Shown piece after piece: positions 55,028 through 64,000 of a DNA stretch of 64,000 nt. The notes beneath the pieces are model-generated. The model worked only from the letters and a program-made list of their open reading frames with translations, was not told where the DNA came from and ran no database searches. The position numbers and the translations under genes are program-made. Each line of letters begins with the position of its first letter. Within the stretch, counting starts at the first letter, position 1. The stretch is from a bacterium (GTDB lineage Bacteria; UBA8248): the NCBI GenBank assembly GCA_965213625.1, contig CBDBZU010000004.1, forward strand, positions 672,001-736,000, given 5' to 3'.

Positions 55028-55209
55028 ATAAAAAATCTCCGTCGAATGTCAATGATATGTCGAACATCGAACCAGGAGCTAATCAGCCTACCAAAGATCA
55101 TGTAATACCCAGTTGCCATGAATTTAATGTCAAAGAAAGAGCAATAAAAGATGTAAGAGAATCATTCAAAACACTAAGAAAATCTTTCAGAGAACAAATG
55201 GCAAAATAA
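55024..55209 (+). CDS. Small hypothetical protein
   Basis: ATGA overlap with the upstream gene; 61 aa. Confidence 0.4.
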   Translation: MNKKSPSNVNDMSNIEPGANQPTKDHVIPSCHEFNVKERAIKDVRESFKTLRKSFREQMAK

Positions 55210-55269
55210 GCTGATACTCTTAGGTTTTGAAAAAATTACCAGTAAATATTAGGCCAAGTAACACTCACT

Positions 55270-56016
55270 TCACACATCCGGGAAAAGCGTTTCCCCGTCC
55301 TTGAGCGCGCCTTCTACCTGCTCGGGGGTGAGGCCCTTGACGCCTGAGAGATCGACGCCCCGGATGTCGGCGAGTTCCAGGTCGGCGTCGTCCAAGAGCG
55401 CGCCGGTGAGGTTCGCGCCCCCGAGCTTCGTCCGCTGAAGCGAGGCGCCGCGCAGGTCGGCGCCGCCGAGATCGGCGTTCGTCAAATCCGCGAACTTGAG
55501 ACCGGCGGACATCATGTTCGCCCCGACCATGCGCGCGCCTGTCAGATTCGCCCCCTCGAGGCTGGACTGGAACAGATCGGCCCTTTCGAGATTGGCGCCT
55601 GTGAGATCCGCCCCATCGAGGTTCGCCCATTGCGCGTTGGCGCCCGCGAGACGCGCATCGCGCAAATCCGCTTTGGAGAGATTCACCATGAAAAGGCTGA
55701 TCGCCTCGAGATTCGCGCCCGCAAAGTCGGCGCACTCACCGCGCGCGCCCGAACTCTGGAGCCACTTGCCGTGGGCTTCGATTTTTTCGGCGAACAGGGC
55801 TTCCTGCTCCGCCTGATCCGGCGCCATGGGCAGGCCGAATCCGCCGCTTGCTCGGGGCGGGCTACCACCGGAGGGGGGGTCGTGTTTTTGCGTGAACCAG
55901 CCGAAAATCTTCTTGAGGATGGCGCACCTCGCTTTCCGAATATCAAGACCGTCCGGTTCGATGAGCAAAGAGTATGAAACCGGTTTTTCTTGCCTCAAGG
56001 CCAAGCCGTTTGTCAA
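55270..56016 (-). CDS. Pentapeptide repeat protein (start uncertain)
   Basis: Repeated A(D/N)L.G pentapeptides after an H.KWL...G..G..AD motif. Confidence 0.85.
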   Translation of the reverse strand: MTNGLALRQEKPVSYSLLIEPDGLDIRKARCAILKKIFGWFTQKHDPPSGGSPPRASGGFGLPMAPDQAEQEALFAEKIEAHGKWLQSSGARGECADFAGANLEAISLFMVNLSKADLRDARLAGANAQWANLDGADLTGANLERADLFQSSLEGANLTGARMVGANMMSAGLKFADLTNADLGGADLRGASLQRTKLGGANLTGALLDDADLELADIRGVDLSGVKGLTPEQVEGALKDGETLFPDV

Positions 56017-56092
56017 TACGGCGGCTGCTCTGGACGAATTCCAAAAGCTTGGGGAGACGACTCATCACCCCGAAAAGGTGGGATGAGCGTCT

Positions 56093-56896
56093 CTATTCCG
56101 GCGGCAGGGAGGCCAAAAACTCATGGCAGATGCGCGCGAACGCATCCGCCCGCTCGATGAGCGCCACGTGGCCCGTACCCTCCATGATGATGAGTCTGGA
56201 ACCCTCGATGCGCTCGTGGATTTCCTTCGCGTGGTGGGGGTCGACGATCAGATCGCGATCCGAACAGGTGATGAGCGTGGGGACTCGTATCTGGTGGAGA
56301 CGCTCGAGGGTGTCTCCCTCCAGACAGGCGCGCAGTTGCCCCTCCCAGCCCAGGTCGACGCCCGATTGCTCGGTGAGCCACTGTCTTTTTTGCTCCATTA
56401 CCTCGGCGTTCGCGTCGTAGTATTCGTGGGAGTAAAGCCCCAGGAGGCTGAGTTCCACGAGCGCCTCGCGTTCGCCGCGTTCGGCGAGGTGCATGCGGGC
56501 GCGCTGAAAAGAACCCAGGCGCGCGCAGTTTCTCGCCCAGGTGTGGTGGAGCCCCAGGCTCACGACGCGCTCGGGGTGGCGAAGGGTGAGCTCGGTGGAA
56601 ATGTGTCCGCCCATGGAAAAACCCATCACATGGGCGCGCTCCACGCCCGCGGCGTACAGAACGCCCGCGGCGTCGTCCGCCATGTCCGCCAGTGAATACC
56701 CCGGAGCGGGCGCCGTGCTCCTGCCCACCCCCCGGTTGTCGAAGACGATGCAGCGATAATCCGTACTCAATAAGGGCAGTTGCGCCGACCAGAAGGTGTG
56801 GTCATGGCCCGTTCCGCTCACGAGCAGCAGGGGAGGCCCCTTGCCTTGAGTCTCATGGAAAATCTCAACGCCTGAAGGCAGCGTCACGAACGGCAT
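56093..56896 (-). CDS. Alpha/beta hydrolase
   Basis: DNRGVGRS, GFSMGG, terminal GTGH. Confidence 0.9.
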   Translation of the reverse strand: MPFVTLPSGVEIFHETQGKGPPLLLVSGTGHDHTFWSAQLPLLSTDYRCIVFDNRGVGRSTAPAPGYSLADMADDAAGVLYAAGVERAHVMGFSMGGHISTELTLRHPERVVSLGLHHTWARNCARLGSFQRARMHLAERGEREALVELSLLGLYSHEYYDANAEVMEQKRQWLTEQSGVDLGWEGQLRACLEGDTLERLHQIRVPTLITCSDRDLIVDPHHAKEIHERIEGSRLIIMEGTGHVALIERADAFARICHEFLASLPPE

Positions 56897-56935
56897 GAGC
56901 ACATCCTCACAAAAATGGGCGGGCGGCGCGCGGCC

Positions 56936-57616
56936 TTACATCCTGGGTTCATCCTCGGATCCCCAGAAAAACGGATCGAGCAGCAAGCCCTCCCGCGGAA
57001 TCTGCGCAACGGGCGTGAGCCCCTGTTTGAGTTTCAGGCGATGAATGGTTCGCAAGTGCACGAGCGCCTCCCAGTACAACTGCCGTAGCATGCCCGCCAG
57101 AGTATAGGTGAATTTCGTCTCATCTTCCGCGTCTTGCGAGAGCCCCTCGTCGTGAAACGTAGAGATGTGCATCCAAAAGCGATACACAGGCAGGTCCGTA
57201 TCGCCCATCAGCAACTCAGGCTTGAACGAGCGGGTAATGGCCAGTGCCTTCAATTCATCCGCACTCTTTCCCTCGGCGGCGCGCTCGGCGAAGGCAAGCG
57301 CCTCGTCGAATTTTAGGAGCAAATCATCGAGCTTCCAGTATTTCTCCTCGTCCAGCCTGCGGTCATACTGGTTGGGAGCCGCCTTTGTGAAATCCACCGG
57401 GTCTTCGGGCGGGTTCTCCGGCCAGAGGGTCTTGCCCCACATCTTCACCCACCAGAAGAAATAGGCGAGCGCCACGTGGCTTATCTGCCGCCTGATGCTC
57501 CAGCGCGACCACTCCTCGGACGGGTCCTCCCAATCGAGCTGTGCGTCGGTAAGCCCCTCCACTTCTGTGTGATACATCGCGCGCAACGCCTGAAAATTAG
57601 GGACTCCCTCGCTCAC
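56936..57616 (-). CDS. DinB-like family protein
   Basis: GLTDAQLDW...WSIRRQISH...H.R.I pattern. Confidence 0.65.
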   Translation of the reverse strand: MSEGVPNFQALRAMYHTEVEGLTDAQLDWEDPSEEWSRWSIRRQISHVALAYFFWWVKMWGKTLWPENPPEDPVDFTKAAPNQYDRRLDEEKYWKLDDLLLKFDEALAFAERAAEGKSADELKALAITRSFKPELLMGDTDLPVYRFWMHISTFHDEGLSQDAEDETKFTYTLAGMLRQLYWEALVHLRTIHRLKLKQGLTPVAQIPREGLLLDPFFWGSEDEPRM

Positions 57617-57718
57617 GCCTATCTCCTCCCGAATGAATATCGACTCAATATGAAACCACCCGTTCCCACGCCGTTTTCCATACTCGCCGAACCGGGCGAG
57701 AGGGGCAACGCCCGGGCG

Positions 57719-59266
57719 CTAGAGAATCCTCAAATCCTCCCCCGTCATCTCGGGTGGAGGGGAAATGCCCATCAATCCCAGCAGGGTGGGGGCCACGTCG
57801 CAAAGCGCACCTCCCGATCTGAGCGGACCTTCGAACCCGGGCGCAATGACGATGCAGGGCGTCTCGTTCAGCGTGTGCGCGGTGTGCGGGCAGTCGTTTC
57901 CCGTATCCCACATCGTCTCGCAATTGCCGTGATCCGCCGTCACCACCGCCGCTCCGCCCACTCGCTCAAGAGCACCGAGAACGCGCCCGAGGCATGCATC
58001 CACGAAACCGACTGCCCGGACGGCGGCGCTCTCCACGCCCGTGTGCCCCACCATGTCGGGATTCGCGTAGTTCAGGACGATGGCGTCATCCTCGCCCCGT
58101 TCGATGGCGTCGAGCACCACCTCCGTCACTTCGCCTGCGCTCATCTCGGGCTTGAGATCATAGGTGGCCACCTTGGGCGAGGGAACCATGCGCCGCCGTT
58201 CGCCGGGGGGCGGCTCCTCCTCGCCGCCGTTAAAGAAATACGTGACGTGCGGATATTTCTCCGTCTCGGCGACTCTCATGCACGTCCGCCCCGCGTCGGC
58301 CAGAGCGTGGCAGAACAGGCCCTCCATCCTCAGGGGCGGAAAGGCGACTGGAAGGGTGAAGCGCGAGTCATATTCCGTCATGCAGGCGTAATGAACCGAG
58401 GGCCTGCCGGAGACGTCGAAACCATCGAACCCTTCATCCGTGAAGGCGCGGGTGATTTGCCGCACCCTGTCCGCGCGAAAGTTCATACAGATCACGGCGT
58501 CACCGTCTCGTATCAACCCCGCCGGACGCCCGCCCTCACCCAGCACAACCGGTTCGATGAACTCATCCGTCACCCCCTGCGCATAGGAGGCTTCTATGGC
58601 CTCGGCGGCGCTCCGGGCATGGACCCCTTCTCCCACGACCATGGCCCGGTAGGCGCGCTCGTTTCTCTCCCATCGCCTGTCCCGGTCCATCGCGTAATAG
58701 CGCCCGATGACGGTGGCGAGTTCCGCCCCCGCTTCGCGCCGAAGACTTTCCGCGTAGCGACCCACGAATTCCAGCCCCGAGCGAGGAGGCGTATCCCGCC
58801 CGTCGGTGAAAGCGTGCGCGAAGATACGCTCGATTCCGACTTTTCTCCCCAATCGCGCCAGCGCTACCCCGTGGTCCTGAAGGCTGTGAACGCCGCCGTC
58901 CGAAACGAGGCCGAGGATGTGCAGGGCGCCGCCTTGTTCTCCGGCTTTCCCGATGCAATCAACGAACGGGGGAAGTTCAAAAAATTCACCGCTCTCGATG
59001 GAGTGGTCGATGCGAACGATGTCCTGATCCACCACCCGGCCGGCGCCCAAGTTCAGGTGCCCCACCTCGGAATTGCCCATTTGCCCGTCGGGAAGGCCCA
59101 CGGCGCGCCCCGAAGTGACGAGGCGGGTGTGGGAACGATGAGCAAGCAGGGCATCCATGGTCGGGGTATCGGCCAATGCGACCGCGTTATAAGCGCGATC
59201 AGCTGATAACCCCCATCCATCCAGCACGATAAGCATGACGGGACGAGGGTAGTTCAAGAGGTTCAC
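57719..59266 (-). CDS. gpmI: 2,3-bisphosphoglycerate-independent phosphoglycerate mutase
   Basis: LDGWG, GQMGNSEVGH, GRYYAMDRD, AETEKYPHVTYF, DMVGHTG, TADHGN. Confidence 0.97.
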   Translation of the reverse strand: MNLLNYPRPVMLIVLDGWGLSADRAYNAVALADTPTMDALLAHRSHTRLVTSGRAVGLPDGQMGNSEVGHLNLGAGRVVDQDIVRIDHSIESGEFFELPPFVDCIGKAGEQGGALHILGLVSDGGVHSLQDHGVALARLGRKVGIERIFAHAFTDGRDTPPRSGLEFVGRYAESLRREAGAELATVIGRYYAMDRDRRWERNERAYRAMVVGEGVHARSAAEAIEASYAQGVTDEFIEPVVLGEGGRPAGLIRDGDAVICMNFRADRVRQITRAFTDEGFDGFDVSGRPSVHYACMTEYDSRFTLPVAFPPLRMEGLFCHALADAGRTCMRVAETEKYPHVTYFFNGGEEEPPPGERRRMVPSPKVATYDLKPEMSAGEVTEVVLDAIERGEDDAIVLNYANPDMVGHTGVESAAVRAVGFVDACLGRVLGALERVGGAAVVTADHGNCETMWDTGNDCPHTAHTLNETPCIVIAPGFEGPLRSGGALCDVAPTLLGLMGISPPPEMTGEDLRIL

Positions 59267-59302
59267 AACGACCTTTCCGGAAAAGCGGAGATGCTTTTTC
59301 TG

Positions 59303-60196
59303 TTATCTGGATTCGAAAACGCGGACGAATTGCAGCTTCTTTTTATCCCACCGCCAGAATTCCTCAAACGGGAACCGATCGATTTGTATCTCGTTTTTGT
59401 CTTCCCCGCCCTGGAGGTTGAAAATCCGTTCCTCGTATTTTCTTTCCCCCTTGAGGATGAGAGTAGCCGGATTGCCCGGCCCGTTGAAGCGGAAACGAAC
59501 TTTGGCGCTCAGGTCTTCGCTTCTCTGAACGGACTTGGTGCCCGCATCGTCCAGATACGCCCGCGGCCATCTCAATTCCTCTTGCAAGCGCGCGAACCAG
59601 ACCAGTTCAAAACGACGCTTCCGGGTCGGCCTGATGACCCGTACGGCGTCAGAATTGCGACCGTTCGAACTCTCGCGGACGTTGACTATCAACTCATGCG
59701 ATCCATCCCCTGTGAGATCGGCAATCTGGTAGGTGATCTGCCGTCCACGGCTCAAATCGCTGTAGGAGGCGAGCGGCTTGCGGGCGCTCTTGTCGTCATC
59801 CATCAGACAAAAGGTGATGTAGTGATCCTTGGCGTGATCCGACTGGATGACCATGAGGGTTTCAAGACGCTTATCCGCGTCCATGTTGAGCGGGATGAAA
59901 TCCACCGAAAAGGCGTAATGCTTCAGATGATCGGAGGAGAGATACCAGGGCCATTCGTTTTCCGGCAGCGGGCAGTTCGACAGGGCGTTGAGCTGCACGT
60001 TGGCGTCTGATGAGAATAACTTGCGGACCAGAAGCCAATCCTCCGGTTTCTCCAGCCGCTTGAGATGAACAACAAGTCGGGAGATGCGCCTTTGCTCTAT
60101 CGCCTTGGGTGTCTCCGGCGCTGCCGCAACCGTCTCTCCACTCCCTGCCGAAGCGAGGAAACACACTATCAAGGCCATCCCCATGAGGCCTCTCAT
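59303..60196 (-). CDS. Hypothetical secreted protein with FG-GAP-like Ca-binding loops
   Basis: Signal peptide; NMDAD...E and DLTGDGSHELIV motifs. Confidence 0.7.
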   Translation of the reverse strand: MRGLMGMALIVCFLASAGSGETVAAAPETPKAIEQRRISRLVVHLKRLEKPEDWLLVRKLFSSDANVQLNALSNCPLPENEWPWYLSSDHLKHYAFSVDFIPLNMDADKRLETLMVIQSDHAKDHYITFCLMDDDKSARKPLASYSDLSRGRQITYQIADLTGDGSHELIVNVRESSNGRNSDAVRVIRPTRKRRFELVWFARLQEELRWPRAYLDDAGTKSVQRSEDLSAKVRFRFNGPGNPATLILKGERKYEERIFNLQGGEDKNEIQIDRFPFEEFWRWDKKKLQFVRVFESR

Positions 60197-60281
60197 CACA
60201 TGCTCCTTAAAGGGCACCACCCTATGAAGCAAAAACAGCATGTAATTCTACAATAAAAATGCAAAAAATTCATCTAGTCAT

Positions 60282-61244
60282 TTAGGGCCGCAGCAATATC
60301 TTGACTGTCCCCATTTCACGGGCATTCTCAAATGCCTCCGGCGCATCCCGCAATGCGAAACAACCATGAATCATCGAGGATGTGCGGATCGCGCCCGCCT
60401 CGAGCGCCTGAATCGCAGGTGCGAAAGTCCCGCAGCGCGAGCCCAGAATCGTGATTTCATCCACCACGACCGAGGAAAGGTTCAGGCGAGCCTCAGAAGC
60501 TACCGTGCTCTTGAGCACCAGAACGCCCCGGGGCTTCGATTTCGAAACAGCGAGGGAGAACCCCTCCGCAGAACCCGTGGCCTCGACCACGACGGGCCAT
60601 CTTTCCCCCTCGGAGCAGGCGGCCTGTTCGGGTTCGCTCCAGGTGGGAATTTCCAAAAAGGAGAGCAGCGCCATTTTTTCCGGGTGGCGGCCCAATAGAC
60701 CCACTCTCGCCCCTGCGGCGTGCAGCACCTGGACCTGCAAGAGGCCCAGCCTCCCGTCCCCGATCACCAATACCTCGCGTTCGACGATTTCGGGGAACTG
60801 CTCGATCACCTCGAAACAGGCGGCCAGAGGCTCACAGAAAACAGCCGCCTCATCTTCCACGCTATCAGGAAGGATGTGCAGGTTCCGGCTCGGCAGGCAG
60901 GTGAATTCCGTAAATACCCCGGGGCGGTCGAGAATGCCGAGAACGCTTCTCCCGGGGCAATGCCGCTCCATGCCGCGCGCGCACCAGGAGCAATTCCCGC
61001 AGCCGCAGTTAATCTCGCCCACGACCCTTTGGCCCAATAGCGGGTGCGCCTCCGGCCCCGCCACCTCGCCCACGAACTCATGCCCCAACACGCCCCGGAA
61101 ATTCATGTATCCGCTAATGAGTTCCAGGTCGGTGGCGCAAATACCTGCGAGCCTCACCCGGATGAGGGCTTCATCCACGAGCGGCTCTGGACGCGCAATT
61201 TCCTTGAGAGAGGGGCCGTTCTCCTCCAGGACGTAGGCAAGCAA
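60282..61244 (-). CDS. Zinc-dependent alcohol dehydrogenase (MDR family)
   Basis: GICATD, GHEFVG, CGNCSWC...HC, GDGRLG, GSRCG. Confidence 0.92.
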   Translation of the reverse strand: MLAYVLEENGPSLKEIARPEPLVDEALIRVRLAGICATDLELISGYMNFRGVLGHEFVGEVAGPEAHPLLGQRVVGEINCGCGNCSWCARGMERHCPGRSVLGILDRPGVFTEFTCLPSRNLHILPDSVEDEAAVFCEPLAACFEVIEQFPEIVEREVLVIGDGRLGLLQVQVLHAAGARVGLLGRHPEKMALLSFLEIPTWSEPEQAACSEGERWPVVVEATGSAEGFSLAVSKSKPRGVLVLKSTVASEARLNLSSVVVDEITILGSRCGTFAPAIQALEAGAIRTSSMIHGCFALRDAPEAFENAREMGTVKILLRP

Positions 61245-61302
61245 TGGTTGCTCTCTTTTAACTTAAGGGCAGAGCGGGGCGGTTCGATTATTGCGCGGCG
61301 GC

Positions 61303-62037
61303 TCATTCGCGCGATCTGAGAGCTTCTTTCACGCGGCCGACTCCCAGATGTTCGGCGATCACGTCTTCCCGCGCAAGGAGTTCTTCGCTCGTTCCCTCGA
61401 AGGCGACGAAACCTCGGCTCAACACGTAGAAGTAATCGCCGACCTCCAACGCCAGGGAGAGGTTTTGCTCCACCAGTAAAATCGAGAGGCCATGCGTCCG
61501 GGTCTTCATGATTCCGTCCCTGATGGAGCGGACGAGGCTGGGCGCCAGCCCTTCGGTCGGCTCATCGAGGAGAACCAGACGTGGCCGCGCCACCAGGGCG
61601 CGCGCGATCACGAGCATCTGTTGCTCGCCGCCGCTCAAGCTACCCGCCAGTTGCTTCGCGCGCTCTTCGAGGACAGGGAAAAACGCCAGCGCCTCCTGAA
61701 CGCCGTTCGCATCGGAGTGCGGACTTGCCTGCGCGGCGACGCGGATGTTCTCCTCTACGCTCAAGGAACCGAAGGGCCGCCTGTCCTCGGGCACGTAGGC
61801 TACCCCCATGCGGGCGACCCGGTGGGCCGCCATGGCGTCGATGCGCAGCTCCTCGAAGAGGATTTCCCCGGAAGTGGCGGGCACGAGACCCATGATGGAC
61901 TTGAGCGTCGTGCTCTTGCCCGCGCCATTGCGCCCGATGAGGCAGACGATCCGGCCTGTACCCACTTCGAGATTTACGCCGTGGAGAACGTGAGCGGTTC
62001 CGTAGTGAACCTGGAGAGAGGAGACTTTGAGCATCAA
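61303..62037 (-). CDS. livF: Branched-chain amino acid ABC ATP-binding protein (LivF type)
   Basis: GRNGAGKST, LSGGEQQML, LDEPTEGLAP, LVEQN. Confidence 0.9.
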   Translation of the reverse strand: MMLKVSSLQVHYGTAHVLHGVNLEVGTGRIVCLIGRNGAGKSTTLKSIMGLVPATSGEILFEELRIDAMAAHRVARMGVAYVPEDRRPFGSLSVEENIRVAAQASPHSDANGVQEALAFFPVLEERAKQLAGSLSGGEQQMLVIARALVARPRLVLLDEPTEGLAPSLVRSIRDGIMKTRTHGLSILLVEQNLSLALEVGDYFYVLSRGFVAFEGTSEELLAREDVIAEHLGVGRVKEALRSRE

Positions 62038-62792
62038 TCCTCCCCCACTTCGACGGCGCCTAAATAGGCGTCCTGCACCTGGGGGTCCCGGCTTATCTGA
62101 TCGGGCGGACCCTGGGCGATCACCCGGCCCTGCGTCATGACGGTGATTTTATCCGAAATCGAGAGAACCACCTCCGTGTCGTGCTCGACCAGGAGGACAC
62201 TCGTGCGGTCCGCAATCTGCCGCACCAGGCCGGCGATGCGCTCGGTCTCCGTGCGGGACATGCCCGCCGTCGGTTCATCGAGCAGCAGGACCTCGGGGTT
62301 GAGCGCAAGCCCAATGGCCACCTCGAGCACGCGCTTGTCTCCGTGTCCCAACTCCTCGGGCCTCAGATGGGCCTTTTCAATCAACCCGACCACCTCCAAT
62401 GATTCCTCCGCGTCCTCTCTGGCCTCCCTGCAGGCGCTCGCCTTGCGGAAAAAATTAAAATTCAGTCCCTCGCGTGAACGCGCAGCGAGTTCGACGTTCT
62501 CGCGCGCGCTCAATTCGCCGAAGACCTGGGTGATCTGAAACGTGCGGACGATCCCCGACTTCACCAGCTTGTGGGAAGGCAGATGCGTCACGTCGTTCCC
62601 GTTCAAAAGCACCTTGCCTGCGTCGGGACGGAGGAATCCGGTGATGCAGTTGAACAAGGTCGTCTTGCCCGCGCCGTTCGGGCCGATGAGCGAATGCACC
62701 TGCCCGGCCTCGATATCCAGGGACACGTCGTTCACGGCATGCAGAGCGCCGAAGGACTTGTGAAGGCCTTCAACTACGAACGCGCTTGCCAT
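62034..62792 (-). CDS. livG: Branched-chain amino acid ABC ATP-binding protein (LivG type)
   Basis: GPNGAGKTT, LDEPTAGM, VEHD, AYLG. Confidence 0.9.
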   Translation of the reverse strand: MASAFVVEGLHKSFGALHAVNDVSLDIEAGQVHSLIGPNGAGKTTLFNCITGFLRPDAGKVLLNGNDVTHLPSHKLVKSGIVRTFQITQVFGELSARENVELAARSREGLNFNFFRKASACREAREDAEESLEVVGLIEKAHLRPEELGHGDKRVLEVAIGLALNPEVLLLDEPTAGMSRTETERIAGLVRQIADRTSVLLVEHDTEVVLSISDKITVMTQGRVIAQGPPDQISRDPQVQDAYLGAVEVGED

Positions 62793-63778
62793 AGTCGTCT
62801 CCAGATTTTCTCAGCGACCCCCGCGATTCCCGAGGGCATGAATAAAACGGCGAGCACGAAGGCAAGCCCGAAGGAAAACTGCCACGCACGGTACAACGTC
62901 GTTACTTCATCACGGATGAATATAAAGCCGATCGCCCCGATAATCGGGCCGAACAGCGTGCCGATGCCGCCCAGAATCGTGATGGCCAGTATGTTGCCCG
63001 ACTCGATCCAATAGAGCGACATCGGGTTCGCGCCCGCCTTCAGGAAGACGAAGAGCGTTCCCGCCACGCCGCCCGTCATCCAGGAGAGGATGAGAATCAC
63101 CAACTTGTGCCGCCTCACGTCGATACCGATGGCGGCCGCCCTGTCCTCGTTCGCGCGAATCGCCAGCAGGGTTTTGCCGAAGGGAGATTCCACCACCCTC
63201 CTTAAGAGTAGATAGCAAACGATGAGCGTGACGGCGGTGAGGAGGTATAACTCCTTACCGGGCTCCACCTCCCGGCCGAAGAGCGTGGGCAGCGGAACGC
63301 CGATCAAGCCGTCCAGTCCGCCGGTGAACGAGCGCCACACGACCGATATCTGGAACAAGACCTGGCAGATGCACAGGGTGAGAATGGCGAAAGCGATCCC
63401 CGAGAGGCGGGTCACGACGAGGCCGGTGAGAAACGCCACCGCAGCGGCGGCGAGTATGGCCACGAAAGTCGAGAGGAAAAAATCCGGAGTTACGTTCATG
63501 GCGAAAAGCCCCGCGGCGTAGGTCGCGAAACCGAAACTCGCCGCGTGGCCGAACGAGACAAGCCCCGTGTAACCCACCAGCAAATCGAGGCTCATCGCCC
63601 AGATACCGAAGATCAGGGCCTCGGTGAGCAGGGTGATGAAAAACGGACTGGCGTTCAGGAACGGAACGGCCAGGACCAGGAGCGCGGAGACGGCGAGCAT
63701 CACCCGCGCCGCGACCTCCCGTGAGCGGGTCCTCGAGGCGTCTTCCGCCCGGTATTCGACATCAAGCGATTCGGCCAC
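62774..63778 (-). CDS. livM: Branched-chain amino acid ABC permease (LivM type)
   Basis: GYTGLVSFGH, TGGLDG, SPFG..L.AIR.NE.RA, GGIGTLFGP. Confidence 0.9.
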   Translation of the reverse strand: MAESLDVEYRAEDASRTRSREVAARVMLAVSALLVLAVPFLNASPFFITLLTEALIFGIWAMSLDLLVGYTGLVSFGHAASFGFATYAAGLFAMNVTPDFFLSTFVAILAAAAVAFLTGLVVTRLSGIAFAILTLCICQVLFQISVVWRSFTGGLDGLIGVPLPTLFGREVEPGKELYLLTAVTLIVCYLLLRRVVESPFGKTLLAIRANEDRAAAIGIDVRRHKLVILILSWMTGGVAGTLFVFLKAGANPMSLYWIESGNILAITILGGIGTLFGPIIGAIGFIFIRDEVTTLYRAWQFSFGLAFVLAVLFMPSGIAGVAEKIWRRLWQARS

Positions 63779-64000
63779 GACCGAACACTCCTCTGGGCCG
63801 CAGTACCATGATCGCGGCCACGACCAGGAACAAAACCGCGATGGCCCATTCCGCGATGTAGCCCCCGCCGATGGATTTCGCCAGCGCCACGATGAACGCC
63901 CCCACGGCCGTCCCGGGCAAATGCCCGAGTCCGCCCAGGATCACCGCCAGGAACGAGTCGATGATGATGCCCATCCCCATTTCCGGCTCGACGGAGAAAA
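63762..64000 (-). CDS. livH: Branched-chain amino acid ABC permease (LivH type), 3' part only
   Basis: F.AVILGGLG..PG...G...RPRGVFG; runs off the window edge. Confidence 0.85.
   Translation of the reverse strand, partial: FSVEPEMGMGIIIDSFLAVILGGLGHLPGTAVGAFIVALAKSIGGGYIAEWAIAVLFLVVAAIMVLRPRGVFGRGRIA

Noticed and set aside
55270-55740. Periodic 15 bp pattern as a possible CRISPR or tandem DNA repeat
   Set aside because: It encodes pentapeptide repeats; no repeat-spacer array was seen anywhere in the window
57476-59206. Long antisense ORFs (e.g. 576 aa opposite gpmI, 499 aa opposite hydantoinase A, 494 aa opposite ybdK)
   Set aside because: Shadow frames typical of high-GC coding DNA, with no recognisable motifs

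Overview
GC-rich bacterial chromosome segment. It carries a complete minus-strand rRNA operon (16S, tRNA-Ile, tRNA-Ala, 23S, 5S), tRNA-Ser(CGA), housekeeping genes (tadA, hflKC, gpmI, amt, ribokinase, nucleoside hydrolase, ribose-type and Liv-type ABC transporters) and many catabolic enzymes. The main hidden signal is selenocysteine recoding. Four genes that the ORF track splits are read through in-frame TGA codons that sit at catalytic Cys positions and are followed by SECIS-like hairpins: a tandem pair of peroxiredoxin-like genes (one UxxU, one UxxC), an AhpD/CMD-like CxxU protein beside a Cys-less paralog, and a UGSC-motif protein in an operon with a CoA transferase. A second notable locus (8380-8885) has four NrdR-box-like sites, DnaA-box-like sites and an IHF-like site ahead of a near-consensus sigma70 promoter. 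That promoter points into about 290 nt of hairpin-rich sequence with no credible ORF, so it is a candidate ncRNA. Also present are a group II intron 5' remnant fused to a broken ABC binding-protein gene, an AT-rich three-gene island with an N-terminal-Thr (Ntn/proteasome-like) gene interrupted by one TAG, a solitary GIY-YIG nuclease and REP/MITE-like repeats. All calls are by eye from motifs; no database searches were run.
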